The notes under the pieces were generated by a model. That model was not told the DNA's origin and did not search any database. It saw only the letters and a list, made by a program, of their open reading frames with translations. The translations under genes were made by a program, and so were the position numbers. This document shows, piece after piece, positions 1-9,734 of a DNA stretch of 64,000 bases. The DNA lies in the NCBI GenBank assembly GCA_016870835.1, contig VGAG01000002.1:4051-68050 (forward strand), in the 5' to 3' direction. Positions within the stretch are counted from its first letter, which is position 1. Each line of letters begins with the position of its first letter. The stretch is from Actinomycetota bacterium (GTDB lineage: Bacteria > Actinomycetota > Actinomycetes > Nanopelagicales > Nanopelagicaceae).

Positions 1-1
1 G

Positions 2-445
2 TTCACAGGTGCCCGGCGCAGGTTTGAGATTCGAGGAAATGAAAAGGGAGTAACGGTTATTGATGATTATGGTCATCATCCATCCGAGCTGCGGGCGACC
101 CTTGAAACAGCTCGTAATTTCGCAGGGTCTGGTCGAGTACTAGTCATCTTTCAACCACATCGCTTCTCCCGAACGGCAGCATTTGCAAATGAGTTCGCTC
201 ATGAATTAGCAAAAGCCGATCACACGTATCTGCTTGAAATTTATGCTGCTAGCGAGAACCCGCTGCCCGGGATTACTTCAGCGACAATTGCATCGAAGAT
301 GCCAAGTGGATCAGTTACCTATGAACCATCAATGCCAGAGGTAATCTCAAAGGTAATCAAAGATGCGAAATCAGGTGATGTGATTCTTACCTTGGGCGCC
401 GGCGATGTTAGCTCGCTAGCCCCACTCATAGTTGAGAATCTATGA
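2..445 (+). CDS. murC: UDP-N-acetylmuramate--L-alanine ligase, C-terminal fragment (5' end lies outside the window)
   Basis: Frame 2 is open from the window edge. The translation reads ...VIDDYGHHPSELRATLE...FQPHRFSRT...GAGDV, which are Mur-ligase C-terminal domain motifs. The stop TGA overlaps the ftsQ ATG (ATGA). The gene sits just upstream of ftsQ-ftsZ. Confidence 0.8.
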   Translation, partial: FTGARRRFEIRGNEKGVTVIDDYGHHPSELRATLETARNFAGSGRVLVIFQPHRFSRTAAFANEFAHELAKADHTYLLEIYAASENPLPGITSATIASKMPSGSVTYEPSMPEVISKVIKDAKSGDVILTLGAGDVSSLAPLIVENL

Positions 446-1185
446 AGCGTTTATCAATACTTGCTTCAACGCTATTAATTGTTGGATCTTCTTACTTGCT
501 CGGCTGGTCAGACCTTTTGCCAGTCAAGAAAGTTTCTATCGACGAGAAGAATGAATCTATAGTGAAAGAGTTAACTGCGAAGTTAGCGGAAGAACCAAAT
601 CCAATTCTCATCGGAGAGCCGATTGCGCGAGTGGACCGTAGAGAGGTAGCGCTTCGACTCCGCGAACTTATCTGGGTTGATGGCGTTGATGTAAAGCGAA
701 ACTTCATTTCGGGTGAAGTAAAAGTGTCGGTCGCGCCCCGTTCGGCCTTGGCCCAGCTTGATTTCAAATGGAGCACCAACCCATCTGATGCCTCATTTCT
801 AAGCTCTGACCTTGAGATCTTTTATGTGCCGCGATCGGAGGTCACAAAGGCTGCAAAGAGTGGGGATGTGGATTGGCTCTCCCTTCCGACCCTGCAACTT
901 GGGGCAGATGAGATGGCTTTGAAGCAGGATGTGAAGACCCTAGTCGCTGCGATTGAAGAGAGTGGCGGGATGGTGAAGAGCATTGTGGCGCCGAGCAGGG
1001 AAGAGCTTCGTACTTCAGCCCGGATAAATGAGCGTGATTTGGATATTTCATGGGGAAGTGTCAACGAACTATCGCTTAAGTTTGAAGTTATGAATCGACT
1101 TTTAGAGTTAAAGGCGAACAAGAATGCGATGCGAATTGATTTAACTTCGCCAACTTCGCCAATCGTTTCAAACAACTCAAATTAA
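442..1185 (+). CDS. ftsQ: Cell division protein FtsQ (N-terminal membrane anchor plus POTRA-type region)
   Basis: 247-aa ORF with an N-terminal hydrophobic segment (LSILASTLLIVGSSYLLGW). It lies between murC and ftsZ, as in the actinobacterial dcw cluster. Confidence 0.75.
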   Translation: MKRLSILASTLLIVGSSYLLGWSDLLPVKKVSIDEKNESIVKELTAKLAEEPNPILIGEPIARVDRREVALRLRELIWVDGVDVKRNFISGEVKVSVAPRSALAQLDFKWSTNPSDASFLSSDLEIFYVPRSEVTKAAKSGDVDWLSLPTLQLGADEMALKQDVKTLVAAIEESGGMVKSIVAPSREELRTSARINERDLDISWGSVNELSLKFEVMNRLLELKANKNAMRIDLTSPTSPIVSNNSN

Positions 1186-1330
1186 TTTCGAAATTCTTTT
1201 TCTCTAATCGTCTTTTAAATCTCTCGTGTCGGTGTTTGCTAGAGGTGCACTACCCGCCTACTTTTGCGCGCACACTTCGGGGAAACCCTAAGTCTAAAGT
1301 CGAGAATTAGGGTTAAAAGAGAGGCGTATC

Positions 1331-2461
1331 GTGGCAACACCACAAAATTATTTAGCAGTAATAAAAGTTGTTGGTATAGGTGGCGGCGGCGTAAATGCTG
1401 TTAATCGAATGATTGACGCAGGTTTAAAGGGCGTTGAGTTCATCGCTATTAATACTGATGCACAAGCGCTTCTCATGAGTGATGCCGATGTGAAATTAGA
1501 TATCGGAAGAAAGTTAACGCGCGGTCTAGGCGCCGGTGCAAATCCAGAAGTTGGAAAGCAAGCAGCCATGGATCACACCGAAGAGATTCAAGAAGTTCTA
1601 CGTGGATCTGACATGGTCTTCATTACCGCCGGCGAAGGTGGCGGAACTGGAACTGGTGGCGCACCAGTTGTTGCAAAGATTGCGAAAGAGATTGGTGCAC
1701 TTACCGTCGGTGTGGTTACTCGACCATTTAATTTTGAAGGAAAGCGACGCGCAACCCAGGCAGAGATTGGAATTGAAGAACTCCGTAGCGAAGTTGATAC
1801 TTTAATCGTAATTCCAAATGAACGCTTACTCTCTATCTCGGATCGTTCAATCTCAGCGCCGGAAGCATTTAAGACAGCTGATCAAGTTCTGCTCTCTGGC
1901 GTTCAAGGAATTACCGATCTCATTACAACTCCTGGTCTTATAAATCTTGATTTTGCAGATGTTAAGAGCGTTATGGATGGTGCGGGTTCAGCCCTTATGG
2001 GAATTGGTTCGGCACGTGGTGAAGCGCGAGCTACAAGAGCAGCCGAGCTTGCTATCTCATCGCCACTTCTTGAAGCCTCCATCGAAGGTGCGCATGGAGT
2101 TCTACTCTCAATTGCTGGCGGTTCTGATCTTGGACTCTTCGAAATAAGCGAAGCTGCAAGTTTGGTAGCTAAGTGCGCCCACCCAGATGCCAACATCATC
2201 TTTGGAACAGTTATTGATGATTCATTAGGCGATGAAGTCCGAGTCACCGTCATTGCTGCCGGATTTGAAGGAGGCGCACCTAAACGTCTCTCGGTTCCAG
2301 TCATCTCAACTCAAGGGCTAAATGGCCAGGCTGATCCAATTCCAGCAAATGATCCGATTCAAGTTGCTATCGCCAATCCAGATGAGAAACCGCGTCGTCG
2401 TATCACCTTCGAGGAGCTCGTTGCCCAGGACGATATCGACGTCCCAGACTTCATGAAGTAG
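1331..2461 (+). CDS. ftsZ: Cell division GTPase FtsZ
   Basis: GTG start preceded by AAGAGAGG. Tubulin signature [13 protein letters not shown], plus NTDAQAL and the conserved C-terminal DIDVPDFMK peptide. Confidence 0.97.
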   Translation: MATPQNYLAVIKVVGIGGGGVNAVNRMIDAGLKGVEFIAINTDAQALLMSDADVKLDIGRKLTRGLGAGANPEVGKQAAMDHTEEIQEVLRGSDMVFITAGEGGGTGTGGAPVVAKIAKEIGALTVGVVTRPFNFEGKRRATQAEIGIEELRSEVDTLIVIPNERLLSISDRSISAPEAFKTADQVLLSGVQGITDLITTPGLINLDFADVKSVMDGAGSALMGIGSARGEARATRAAELAISSPLLEASIEGAHGVLLSIAGGSDLGLFEISEAASLVAKCAHPDANIIFGTVIDDSLGDEVRVTVIAAGFEGGAPKRLSVPVISTQGLNGQADPIPANDPIQVAIANPDEKPRRRITFEELVAQDDIDVPDFMK

Positions 2462-2463
2462 GG

Positions 2464-3147
2464 ATGCCCGAATCTCTCTTCACCTCTCGAGCCGGGGGAG
2501 TGAGCACAGCACCATTTGATTCACTTAATCTCGCGCTTCATGTTGGCGATGAACCTTCCTCAGTTATTAAGAATCGGAAGTTGCTCGCTGAGAAGATTGG
2601 AATCTCCGAAGCGAGCCTTTTCTTTATGAATCAAGTGCATGGAAATAGCGTTACCGTCATAGATGAAAACTCAACTGCAATTAATGAGCCAACCGCCGAT
2701 GCCCTCTTCACCGAAGTTAAAGGTAAGGCTCTCGCAGTTCTTGTCGCAGATTGCACGCCCCTGCTCTTAAAGTCAGAGCGCGCAGTCGCTGCAGTTCACG
2801 TAGGACGGCGCGGATTGGTCGCCGGAGTTATAGCCGAAGCGTTAAAGCAATTTGATAAGGCTGGAATAGGTAGGACTGAGATAAGCGCCGAACTCGGACC
2901 TTCCATCTGTGCAAATTGTTATGAAGTGGATGTAACTACTTATGAAGAAGTAGGTTCAATAGTCCCAGGTAGTGCGACTAGCGCCGAGCTACATTGTCTG
3001 GACATTTCAAAAGGTATTGAGTTTCAATTAAATGGCGCTGGAGTTGCATTTGAAAAATCGCATATCTGCGTAAGGCATAGCGAGGGATATTTCTCTTATC
3101 GAAGAGATCCTAGAACTGGCAGGCAAGCAGGGGTGATCTGGTTGTGA
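2464..3147 (+). CDS. pgeF: YfiH/PgeF family (DUF152) purine nucleoside phosphorylase / peptidoglycan editing factor
   Basis: Motifs MNQVHG, VADCTPLLL, HVGRRG and CANCYEV. The position immediately after ftsZ is conserved. Confidence 0.85.
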   Translation: MPESLFTSRAGGVSTAPFDSLNLALHVGDEPSSVIKNRKLLAEKIGISEASLFFMNQVHGNSVTVIDENSTAINEPTADALFTEVKGKALAVLVADCTPLLLKSERAVAAVHVGRRGLVAGVIAEALKQFDKAGIGRTEISAELGPSICANCYEVDVTTYEEVGSIVPGSATSAELHCLDISKGIEFQLNGAGVAFEKSHICVRHSEGYFSYRRDPRTGRQAGVIWL

Positions 3148-3794
3148 GCCGGAGAGATGAAATCAAGAGCGCACTTGCAAAGGTGCGCGAAGAGATTGCC
3201 GATCGCGCAACGCTAATTGTGGTCACAAAGACTTTCCCTTTAAGTGATGTAGAGATTCTCTATGAATTGGGGGAGCGAAATTTCGGTGAGAATCGCGATG
3301 AAGAGGGAGCGCTCAAATCTGGTGGAATAGGCGAGGACGCAATCTGGCATTTTCAAGGCGGGATACAGAGTAAGAAAATTCGCTCAATCGTGAGCTGGGC
3401 TGACTTTATACACTCTCTCGAGGATCTCTCTCACGCTAGAAAGATTGATGATGCAGCCCGATCACTAGGTAAGCGACAGAGAGTATTAATTCAAATCAAT
3501 CTAGATTCTGGAAATGATAAACGCAGCGGTATTGATTCTAAGGACTTTGATGCATTTGCAGACGAAATTCTTAAATTTAGAGATCTAGATTTACTTGGAG
3601 TAATGGGGGTAGCGCCCCTTGGTGTGGACCCCACCCCAAGTTTCGCCTTGCTCCAAGAGAAATCTATGAATCTGCGCCAGATGAAGCCAGATGCGGTAGT
3701 GATTTCAGCTGGAATGAGTGGCGACTACCCAATTGCGCTGCAATTTGGAGCGACACATATACGAATTGGAAGTTCAATCCTCGGTTCCCGATAG
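3144..3794 (+). CDS. yggS: YggS family pyridoxal-phosphate homeostasis protein
   Basis: GTGA overlap with pgeF. Motifs VVTKTFP (PLP lysine), HFQGGIQSKK and IRIGSSILG. Confidence 0.85.
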   Translation: MSRRDEIKSALAKVREEIADRATLIVVTKTFPLSDVEILYELGERNFGENRDEEGALKSGGIGEDAIWHFQGGIQSKKIRSIVSWADFIHSLEDLSHARKIDDAARSLGKRQRVLIQINLDSGNDKRSGIDSKDFDAFADEILKFRDLDLLGVMGVAPLGVDPTPSFALLQEKSMNLRQMKPDAVVISAGMSGDYPIALQFGATHIRIGSSILGSR

Positions 3795-3815
3795 CCCCGA
3801 CCGTAAAATTTCACC

Positions 3816-4250
3816 ATGGGTAATGCAATGAAAAAGTTCACTGACTATTTGGGTCTGACTGAGAGTGAAGAGATGGCGCCCTCAAATCAACGCGCCCCAA
3901 TCGCTTCGGTTCCTCGTCCTCGCAAGAAAGAGGAGACCCCTAAGTTGCAACCAGTCCCATCAACTCTAAGTATGGATCGCATCATAAATATCTCGCCACG
4001 CGTATATAGCGAAGCTCGTGCGATTGGTGAGTATTACCGTGAAGGCAATCCAGTCATCATGAACTTAAGTGAGATGGAAGATTCAGAGCGGAAGCGCCTA
4101 ATTGATTTTGCATCCGGTCTTGTCTTTGGACATGCTGGAACAATCGAGAGAATTACCGCGAAGGTTTTCTTACTCACACCGCCCAATGTGACGGTCTCGG
4201 GTGAAGAGAAGAGCGCAGCCGCTCAAGCAAGTCTTTTCAACCAAAGCTGA
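3816..4250 (+). CDS. sepF: Cell division protein SepF
   Basis: 144 aa. The C-terminal domain (PRVYSEARAIGEYYREGNPVIMNL...ID F..G) is typical of SepF. It sits in the conserved ftsZ-distal cluster. Confidence 0.9.
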   Translation: MGNAMKKFTDYLGLTESEEMAPSNQRAPIASVPRPRKKEETPKLQPVPSTLSMDRIINISPRVYSEARAIGEYYREGNPVIMNLSEMEDSERKRLIDFASGLVFGHAGTIERITAKVFLLTPPNVTVSGEEKSAAAQASLFNQS

Positions 4251-4255
4251 ACTCC

Positions 4256-4534
4256 TTGGTCAACTTCACTTCCTGGGTGATTTTCGCACTCAATATCTTC
4301 CTGCTTGCTCTATTTGCAAGATTGGTACTTGATTACATAAGACTCTTTAGACCGAGTTGGAGACCTCGCGGAATCATCATGCCGCTCGCTGAGATGATCT
4401 ACATGGTCACCGATAAGCCACTCGCTTTTATCCGAAGGTTCATCCCCCCGCTACGGATGGGGCCGGTCGCCCTTGACCTCTCTTTTATTGTTCTCTTCTT
4501 TGGCATACAAATATTGATTGGAATACTGCGCTAG
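4256..4534 (+). CDS. yggT: YggT family membrane protein
   Basis: 92-aa, two-TM hydrophobic protein directly after sepF. TTG start. Confidence 0.75.
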   Translation: MVNFTSWVIFALNIFLLALFARLVLDYIRLFRPSWRPRGIIMPLAEMIYMVTDKPLAFIRRFIPPLRMGPVALDLSFIVLFFGIQILIGILR

Positions 4535-4555
4535 TTGTAGTCGTAGACTTCCGAT

Positions 4556-5821
4556 ATGGATCGCAGTCGTGCTCAAAATCTTGATGCAAATGACCCGCTT
4601 CGCGAATTTAAGAAGCGCTTTGTAATCACAGATCCCGCTACCTGCTATCTCGACGGCAATTCTCTGGGACGACTCCCTCACGCAACAGTTAAATCAATAA
4701 ACGACTTTTTGCATGATGAATGGGGCAGAGAAGTAGTCGTCGGCTGGGGCCATTGGATAGATGAAGCGCAAACAACCGGAAATTTGATTGGAAGAAGCGC
4801 ATTGGGTGCAGCGCCAGGACAAGTTTTAGCCTGCGATACAACCTCGGTAAATATCTACCAATTAGCTTCCGCCGCGATTAAAGCGCGTCCGGGCCGGAAA
4901 ACAATAATCACTGATGCCGCGAATTTTCCAACGGATCGCTACATATTGCAGGGGTTAGCTAAGGAACATGGTCTTAAGTTAATAACGATCAATAATGAAG
5001 ATCCAGATATCTCCTCCAACGAGTTAATTTCGGAAGAACTTTTGTCGAAGTACTTAAGCGAGGATGTGGCTCTTGTAAGTTTGCAAGTCATTCAATACCG
5101 CTCTGGCGCAAGGCAAGATGTCAAAGCGCTAACGAAGTTGATTCATAAACATGGCGCGCTCGTTCTCTGGGATGCCGCCCATGCAGTTGGCTCTATCGAC
5201 ATTAATCTAGATAACGATGATGTTGATCTCGCAGTTGGGTGTACATATAAATATGGAAACTCCGGCCCAGGTTCACCAGCCTGGTTGTATGTAAATAAAC
5301 GTCTGCAAAATGAGATACAAGTATCAATTCAAGGTTGGTTTGCACAGCGTGACCAGTTCGCCATGGGTCCATCTTTTGAAAAAGATAGTTCGATAAGAGG
5401 TTTTCAAATCGCTAGCCCATCAATTATTGGACTTCGATGCGTTAACACCTCTTTTGCCATGATTGAAGAGGCGGGGATAAATGAGATAGCTAAGAAGGCG
5501 GCACTGGGAACCTCGCTCATGGTCGAGTTGCATGATGATTGGTTGGCGCCACTCGGATTCACTCTTTTGACGCCAAGAGATTCAAATCAGCGCGGCGGCC
5601 ATATAACAATTGGGCATAAAGAGGCAGAGCGAATTTCAATTGCGCTTCGCAAGTACGCAAATACCGTTGCTGATTACCGCACTCCTAATTCCATCCGGCT
5701 TGCAATATCTCCACTTGCCACTTCTTATTGCGAGGTATTTGATGGCTTTGAGCGCATTAGAGAGTTAGTCGCTTCCCGAGGATATGAAAAAGTAACTACC
5801 GGAGAATCGCGCGTAACATGA
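4556..5821 (+). CDS. kynU: Kynureninase (PLP-dependent)
   Basis: Motifs YLDGNSLGRLP, NFPTDRY, WDAAHAVG, GCTYKYGNSGPGSPAW (PLP Lys) and GWFAQRDQFAMGP match the bacterial kynureninase family. Confidence 0.88.
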   Translation: MDRSRAQNLDANDPLREFKKRFVITDPATCYLDGNSLGRLPHATVKSINDFLHDEWGREVVVGWGHWIDEAQTTGNLIGRSALGAAPGQVLACDTTSVNIYQLASAAIKARPGRKTIITDAANFPTDRYILQGLAKEHGLKLITINNEDPDISSNELISEELLSKYLSEDVALVSLQVIQYRSGARQDVKALTKLIHKHGALVLWDAAHAVGSIDINLDNDDVDLAVGCTYKYGNSGPGSPAWLYVNKRLQNEIQVSIQGWFAQRDQFAMGPSFEKDSSIRGFQIASPSIIGLRCVNTSFAMIEEAGINEIAKKAALGTSLMVELHDDWLAPLGFTLLTPRDSNQRGGHITIGHKEAERISIALRKYANTVADYRTPNSIRLAISPLATSYCEVFDGFERIRELVASRGYEKVTTGESRVT

Positions 5822-6606
5822 GTGAGGAAAAGGCCCTTAATTACAACTCTTATTTGAAGGTAGATGAATTACTCTCACTCCAAGAGCCACTCTCTAACGG
5901 CCCAGAACATGATGAGCTTTTATTTATAGTAATTCACCAGACCTATGAACTCTGGTTTAAAGAGTTGATTCATGAGTTTAAGGCGGCGCAAGTTTGCCTA
6001 ACCGAGGGCGATACTCATCGAGCTCTATCAATTCTTGGTCGCATAAGAACCATCCTGAAGATCTGTGTCGCCCAGATAGATATCTTGGAGACGATGACGC
6101 CACTTCAATTTAACTCATTTAGAGATCGATTAGGTGAGTCAAGCGGTTTTCAATCCGCACAATTTCGTGAAGTAGAAGCGATTTTAGGAAGGCGCGATAA
6201 GAAAGCAGCAGCGCACTTACTTCCTGCCGACCGTGAGCGAGTCGAGAAGTGGATGTCATTGCCTTCGATCTGGGATAGCGTTCTTCGTTACGTAACCACT
6301 CGTGGATACAAAATTCCAGAATCAATTCTTAATCGGGATGTTTCCTCTCCATATCAAGGCGACTCAGAAGTTCAACGAACGCTTATTGAATTGCATCGGA
6401 ATGATCCTGAGGCTGGACTTGTATTTGAGCGTTTAGTTGATATCGATGAAGGGTTGCAAGAGTGGCGGTATCGCCATGTGAAGATGGTCGAGCGCACAAT
6501 TGGCAGGAAATCAGGGACTGGTGGATCTTCCGGTGCCGATTACTTGCGCGCAACGCTCTTTCATCCAGTCTTTCCGGATCTCTGGGAGATTCGAAGTAGC
6601 TTCTAG
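5818..6606 (+). CDS. kynA: Tryptophan 2,3-dioxygenase
   Basis: ATGA overlap with kynU. Motifs YNSYLKVDELLSLQ, HDELLFIVIHQTYELWFK and RYRHVKMVERTIG...GTGGSSG are typical of bacterial TDO. Confidence 0.88.
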   Translation: MSEEKALNYNSYLKVDELLSLQEPLSNGPEHDELLFIVIHQTYELWFKELIHEFKAAQVCLTEGDTHRALSILGRIRTILKICVAQIDILETMTPLQFNSFRDRLGESSGFQSAQFREVEAILGRRDKKAAAHLLPADRERVEKWMSLPSIWDSVLRYVTTRGYKIPESILNRDVSSPYQGDSEVQRTLIELHRNDPEAGLVFERLVDIDEGLQEWRYRHVKMVERTIGRKSGTGGSSGADYLRATLFHPVFPDLWEIRSSF

Positions 6607-9600
6607 ACCTTAGTTAACTTAAGTACTAGACCAAGTTCATCCTCGCCTAAAGTCAAAGATGAGTCGAGATCGAAGGAAACCGCAAGTACTTCTTCTGAGA
6701 TGTGTGCCTTGGCATCACTTAATGCTTTAACCACTTCGCCCTTAGCATTCCATTTAACAGAAATCCGATCGCTGACATCAAATCCTGAATCTTTACGTTG
6801 GTCTTGGATAGCTCGGATTGCTTCACGTACCAATCCCTTAGCGATAAGTCTTTTGTCAAGGGCGAGATCTAGGGCAACGCTCTCACCTTGGTGAGATGCA
6901 ACAGACCAACCCGTGCGAGGGGTTTCGGTAATTACTAAATCTTCTTCACCTAGAGATGCGCTGCCGCCGGAGTAATTCACTTCAGCGCTTCCTTCGGTGC
7001 GAATCTTCTTTACCAAGAGTGTGGCATCAACTGCTGCAATCGATTTAGCAATCTCTTGAACGGCGCCGCCATATCTACTTCCTAGGGATCTGAAATTCGC
7101 CTTGATTGAGATATCAACGAGATCACTTCCCGCAGATGCGAGGTCATCCAGATGCTCCACGTTTAATTCATCAGAAATCTGTTCCTTCAATTCGCCATCC
7201 AACTTCTTCCAACCACTTGCAGAGATGAGTGCGCGAGATAAGGGTTGGCGAATCTTTACTTGAGATTGAGCGCGCGCAGCGCGACCTAGCTCAACCAGTC
7301 TTCGAGCTAGCGCGACATCAGTTGAGAGTTGCTCATCAATCGAACGCTTATCAGCGATAGGGAAGTTAGCGAGATGAACTGAGAGTGGCGCGGTTGGATC
7401 AACTTTGCGGATTAATACCTGCCAGACATGCTCAGAAATGAAAGGAACCATCGGTGCCATCAAGAGAGTTACCTTTTCAAGGCACTCATGCAGGGTAGTA
7501 AGTGCAACCGGATCGCCATCCCAGAATCGTCTGCGGGATCGCCTCACATACCAATTCGATAGATCATCTACAAACTGTGCGATTGCGTTACCTGCTCGCT
7601 GTGAATCGAAATCCGCATAGGCCAAATCCACCTCAACAATAAGCTTGTTTAGCTCACTCAAAATCCATCTATCCATCATCGGTCTTTCGCTAATCGCGAG
7701 AGGTTTTGATGGAACAAAATCTGATGCTGATGCGTAGAGCGCAAGGAATGAGACGGTGTTCCAATACGTGAGTAGCGTCTTTCGCACTACTTCGGAGATG
7801 ATTTCGTGGCCAACTCGTCGAGCGCTCCATGGCGAGCCAGATGCGAGCATGTACCAACGAACCGCGTCTGCTCCATGGCGATCCATAAGTTGCATTGGTT
7901 CTAGGACATTTCCAAGATGCTTGCTCATCTTTCTTCCATCCTTATCCAGGATGTGGCCAAGACAGAGCACTGTCTTGTATGAAGATTGATCAAAGACCAG
8001 AGTTCCAATCGCCATCAAGGTATAGAACCAACCACGAGTCTGATCGATCGCTTCACAAATGAAGTCAGCCGGATAAGAGTCTTTGAAGATCGCTTCCGAA
8101 CCTTCTTTATGTGGATAGCGCCACTGCGCAAAAGGCATGGCGCCAGAGTCATACCAGCAATCAATAACCTCTGATGTGCGCACCATTTGCTTCTTACAAG
8201 TTGGGCAATCGAAAGTAATCTCATCCACATACGGGCGGTGCAGCTCCAGACTCGAAAGATCTCTGCCAGCGAGTTTTGATAATTCGCTCTTAGATGCGAC
8301 AGCTTTTTCATGACCGTCTTCGCACTTCCAAACCGGAAGTGGCGTTCCCCAATATCTATTCCGGGAGAGCGCCCAATCGATATTGTTATTCAACCAATCG
8401 CCAAAGCGTCCAGTCTTGATTGTCTCCGGGTGCCAATCGGTCTTCTCATTCTCACGGATTAAGGCCTCTTTTATCTTTGTAGTTCTGATGTACCAAGAAG
8501 GTTGGGCGTAATAAATCAGGGGTGTATGGCAGCGCCAACAATGCGGATACGAGTGCTGGAAAGTTTGGTGGCGAAATAGCGATCCACCCTCTTTTAAAGC
8601 TTTAATCAGAACCTTGTCGGCATCTTTAAAGAACTTACCTCCGACAAGATCTAATTCATCTAAAAAGTAACCATTTGCTGCAACCGGATTAACAACCGGG
8701 AGTTCGTACCGCTTGCACGTCGCTAGGTCATCTGCGCCAAAAGCGGGAGCTTGATGGACTAATCCAGTTCCATCTTCAGTGGTTACATAATCTGCGAGCA
8801 AGACGTAGTGCGCATCGGGGATATCAACGAGAGCTAGTGGGCGCTTGTAGCTAACTCGCTCGAGTTCTTTTCCGGATAATCTCTTAATCTCAGTAAAACC
8901 GGGTAGGACTTTTTCAGCTAGCGGCTCTGCGATTACCAATACTTCTTCCGGTAGTTCACCACCAGTTTTTACAACTAAATAGTCAACTTCTGGATTAACA
9001 GCGATTGCAGTATTGGAAACTAAAGTCCAAGGAGTTGTTGTCCAGACTAAGAGGCTGGCATTAAGGGAGGCAAGCTCACCGCTTGTGATCGGAAAACGAA
9101 CGTAAACAGAGGGATCCGTAACGGTCTCGTAGCCTTGGGCTAACTCGTGATCTGAAAGTCCAGTTCCGCATCGAGGGCAATAAGGCGCAACGCGATGATC
9201 TTGAACTAAGAGTCCCTTCTTATGAATTTGTGCGAGTGACCACCAGACGCTTTCGATGTACTCATCTGACATCGTCCAATAAGCCTTATCAAAGTCGACC
9301 CAAAATCCCATCCGCTCAGTCATCTCGGTAAATGCACTTACATGGCGCTGGACGGATTCACGGCACTTTTCATTGAACTTTGCTATTCCATATTTCTCAA
9401 TATCTCCTTTTCCGGAGAAGCCCAACTCTTTTTCAACTGCGATTTCAACGGGGAGTCCGTGGCAATCCCATCCAGCATTTCGGATTACATGTTTACCTTT
9501 CATTGTGTGATAGCGAGGAAAGACATCTTTAAATACACGCGCTTCAATGTGATGAGTTCCGGGCATTCCATTTGCAGTAGGTGGTCCTTCATAGAAGGTC

Positions 9601-9734
9601 CAAGATTCGCCTTCAGCGCGTTGAGCAACGCTCTTATGGAAAATTTCTTGCGTACTCCAGAAGGAGAGAATTTCGCGTTCGACTTTAGGAAGATCAATCT
9701 GAGGACTTAGCGCCTCATACGGTGATTTAGCCAT
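6603..9734 (-). CDS. ileS: Isoleucine--tRNA ligase
   Basis: Class I motifs PGTHHIEARV (HIGH-type) and KMSKHLGN (KMSKS). The ORF is about 1043-1048 aa. I prefer the third in-frame ATG (9734, MAKSPYE) because the Shine-Dalgarno-like GGAAGGG (9747-9741) overlaps the first ATG and sits 6 nt upstream of the third. Confidence 0.95.
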   Translation of the reverse strand: MAKSPYEALSPQIDLPKVEREILSFWSTQEIFHKSVAQRAEGESWTFYEGPPTANGMPGTHHIEARVFKDVFPRYHTMKGKHVIRNAGWDCHGLPVEIAVEKELGFSGKGDIEKYGIAKFNEKCRESVQRHVSAFTEMTERMGFWVDFDKAYWTMSDEYIESVWWSLAQIHKKGLLVQDHRVAPYCPRCGTGLSDHELAQGYETVTDPSVYVRFPITSGELASLNASLLVWTTTPWTLVSNTAIAVNPEVDYLVVKTGGELPEEVLVIAEPLAEKVLPGFTEIKRLSGKELERVSYKRPLALVDIPDAHYVLLADYVTTEDGTGLVHQAPAFGADDLATCKRYELPVVNPVAANGYFLDELDLVGGKFFKDADKVLIKALKEGGSLFRHQTFQHSYPHCWRCHTPLIYYAQPSWYIRTTKIKEALIRENEKTDWHPETIKTGRFGDWLNNNIDWALSRNRYWGTPLPVWKCEDGHEKAVASKSELSKLAGRDLSSLELHRPYVDEITFDCPTCKKQMVRTSEVIDCWYDSGAMPFAQWRYPHKEGSEAIFKDSYPADFICEAIDQTRGWFYTLMAIGTLVFDQSSYKTVLCLGHILDKDGRKMSKHLGNVLEPMQLMDRHGADAVRWYMLASGSPWSARRVGHEIISEVVRKTLLTYWNTVSFLALYASASDFVPSKPLAISERPMMDRWILSELNKLIVEVDLAYADFDSQRAGNAIAQFVDDLSNWYVRRSRRRFWDGDPVALTTLHECLEKVTLLMAPMVPFISEHVWQVLIRKVDPTAPLSVHLANFPIADKRSIDEQLSTDVALARRLVELGRAARAQSQVKIRQPLSRALISASGWKKLDGELKEQISDELNVEHLDDLASAGSDLVDISIKANFRSLGSRYGGAVQEIAKSIAAVDATLLVKKIRTEGSAEVNYSGGSASLGEEDLVITETPRTGWSVASHQGESVALDLALDKRLIAKGLVREAIRAIQDQRKDSGFDVSDRISVKWNAKGEVVKALSDAKAHISEEVLAVSFDLDSSLTLGEDELGLVLKLTKV

